A stretch of 56,523 nucleotides of DNA from a virus (taxonomy: Duplodnaviria; Caudoviricetes). The notes beneath the pieces are model-generated. The model was not told where the DNA came from. It ran no database searches and worked only from the letters and a program-made list of their open reading frames with translations. Shown here piece after piece: positions 56,103 to 56,523 of the stretch (the stretch's first letter is position 1; each line of letters begins with the position of its first letter). The stretch covers positions 1 through 56,523 of IMG/VR virus record IMGVR_UViG_3300027749_000129; one strand, given 5' to 3'. Position numbers and translations under genes: made by a program.

Positions 56103-56284
56103 GTATGAGGGTAAACGTGTCCCATATAAGCTACAGTGGGGCACGGACAAGGGGGAAAATCAGAGGGAAAGTAGAGGGGGGAAGTATGCGGATAAATGGG
56201 GCGCGGAACACGGATCACGGACCACGGTGCTAATAAAATACTTTTTTAGTCAGGGTGAGGGAGAGGGTGGGGTGAGGGAAGTTA

Positions 56285-56424
56285 TTACGTCAAACGCACT
56301 TATATAGTGGTTTTTTTCCCAGAAAAATGATTTATTTTTTTTATGTGTGAAAACAGCCTTTTTGACGTAATTGACGTAAGAAGTGATTCTAATCATGAGG
56401 TTACAGCTACACGTCTAGACGTAA
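56285..56424. repeat. TTGACGTAA motif cluster in an AT-rich non-coding region
   Basis: Inverted copy 56285-56293, tandem copies 56362-56370 and 56371-56379, variant TAGACGTAA 56416-56424. Confidence 0.65.
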
Positions 56425-56523
56425 TGGTTTTTTTTTCAACGTGAGGCGTAATGTACGACAGGAAGTTAACGGGGTGCGCGCGCAGACCAAAAAAAAAAAA
56501 AAAAAAAATTTATTTTAAGCCAA

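Larger units (their letters stand above)
1..56523. mobile_element. Near-complete tailed dsDNA bacteriophage genome (Caudoviricetes, podovirus-like)
   Basis: Packaging, head, tail, lysis and replication modules are all present; no host housekeeping genes; both ends are poly-A followed by TTTATTTT-N-AGCCA. Confidence 0.95.

Noticed and set aside
55838-56233. 131-aa ORF overlapping the last gene
   Set aside because: The zinc-ribbon ORF 55887..56102 fits the operon better; the longer ORF runs into the repeat-containing non-coding end.

Overview
The window looks like an essentially complete ~56.5 kb genome of a tailed dsDNA phage with a podovirus-like layout. The two ends meet in similar poly-A tracts, suggesting a circular or permuted assembly. 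Gene order: TerS and a resolvase-like nuclease; an island of early genes with their own promoters (GP88-like, DUF932-like); a GC-rich repeat region; HNH, TerL, portal, GroES, scaffold and major capsid; adaptor, tail and fibre genes; sulfotransferase and 2OG-Fe(II) oxygenase; a lysis cassette; tail tubular protein and large internal virion proteins; exonuclease and SNF2 helicase (minus strand); SSB-like, primase, UvrD and family A DNA polymerase; then small mosaic genes. No integrase, RNA polymerase, tRNA or CRISPR array was recognised. The main finding is that both TerL and PolA are interrupted by inteins whose homing endonuclease is not in the intein frame. Each is a separate overprinted ORF in a shifted frame (Endo VII-like in TerL, HNH-like in PolA) with its own candidate RBS, while the intein frame stays open across it. 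A second candidate system is a recurrent x-[AKD]-x-G-G-x-[IV]-type motif punctuating several putative virion proteins and bracketing a cargo-like segment. All product calls come from motif recognition by eye; no database search was run.
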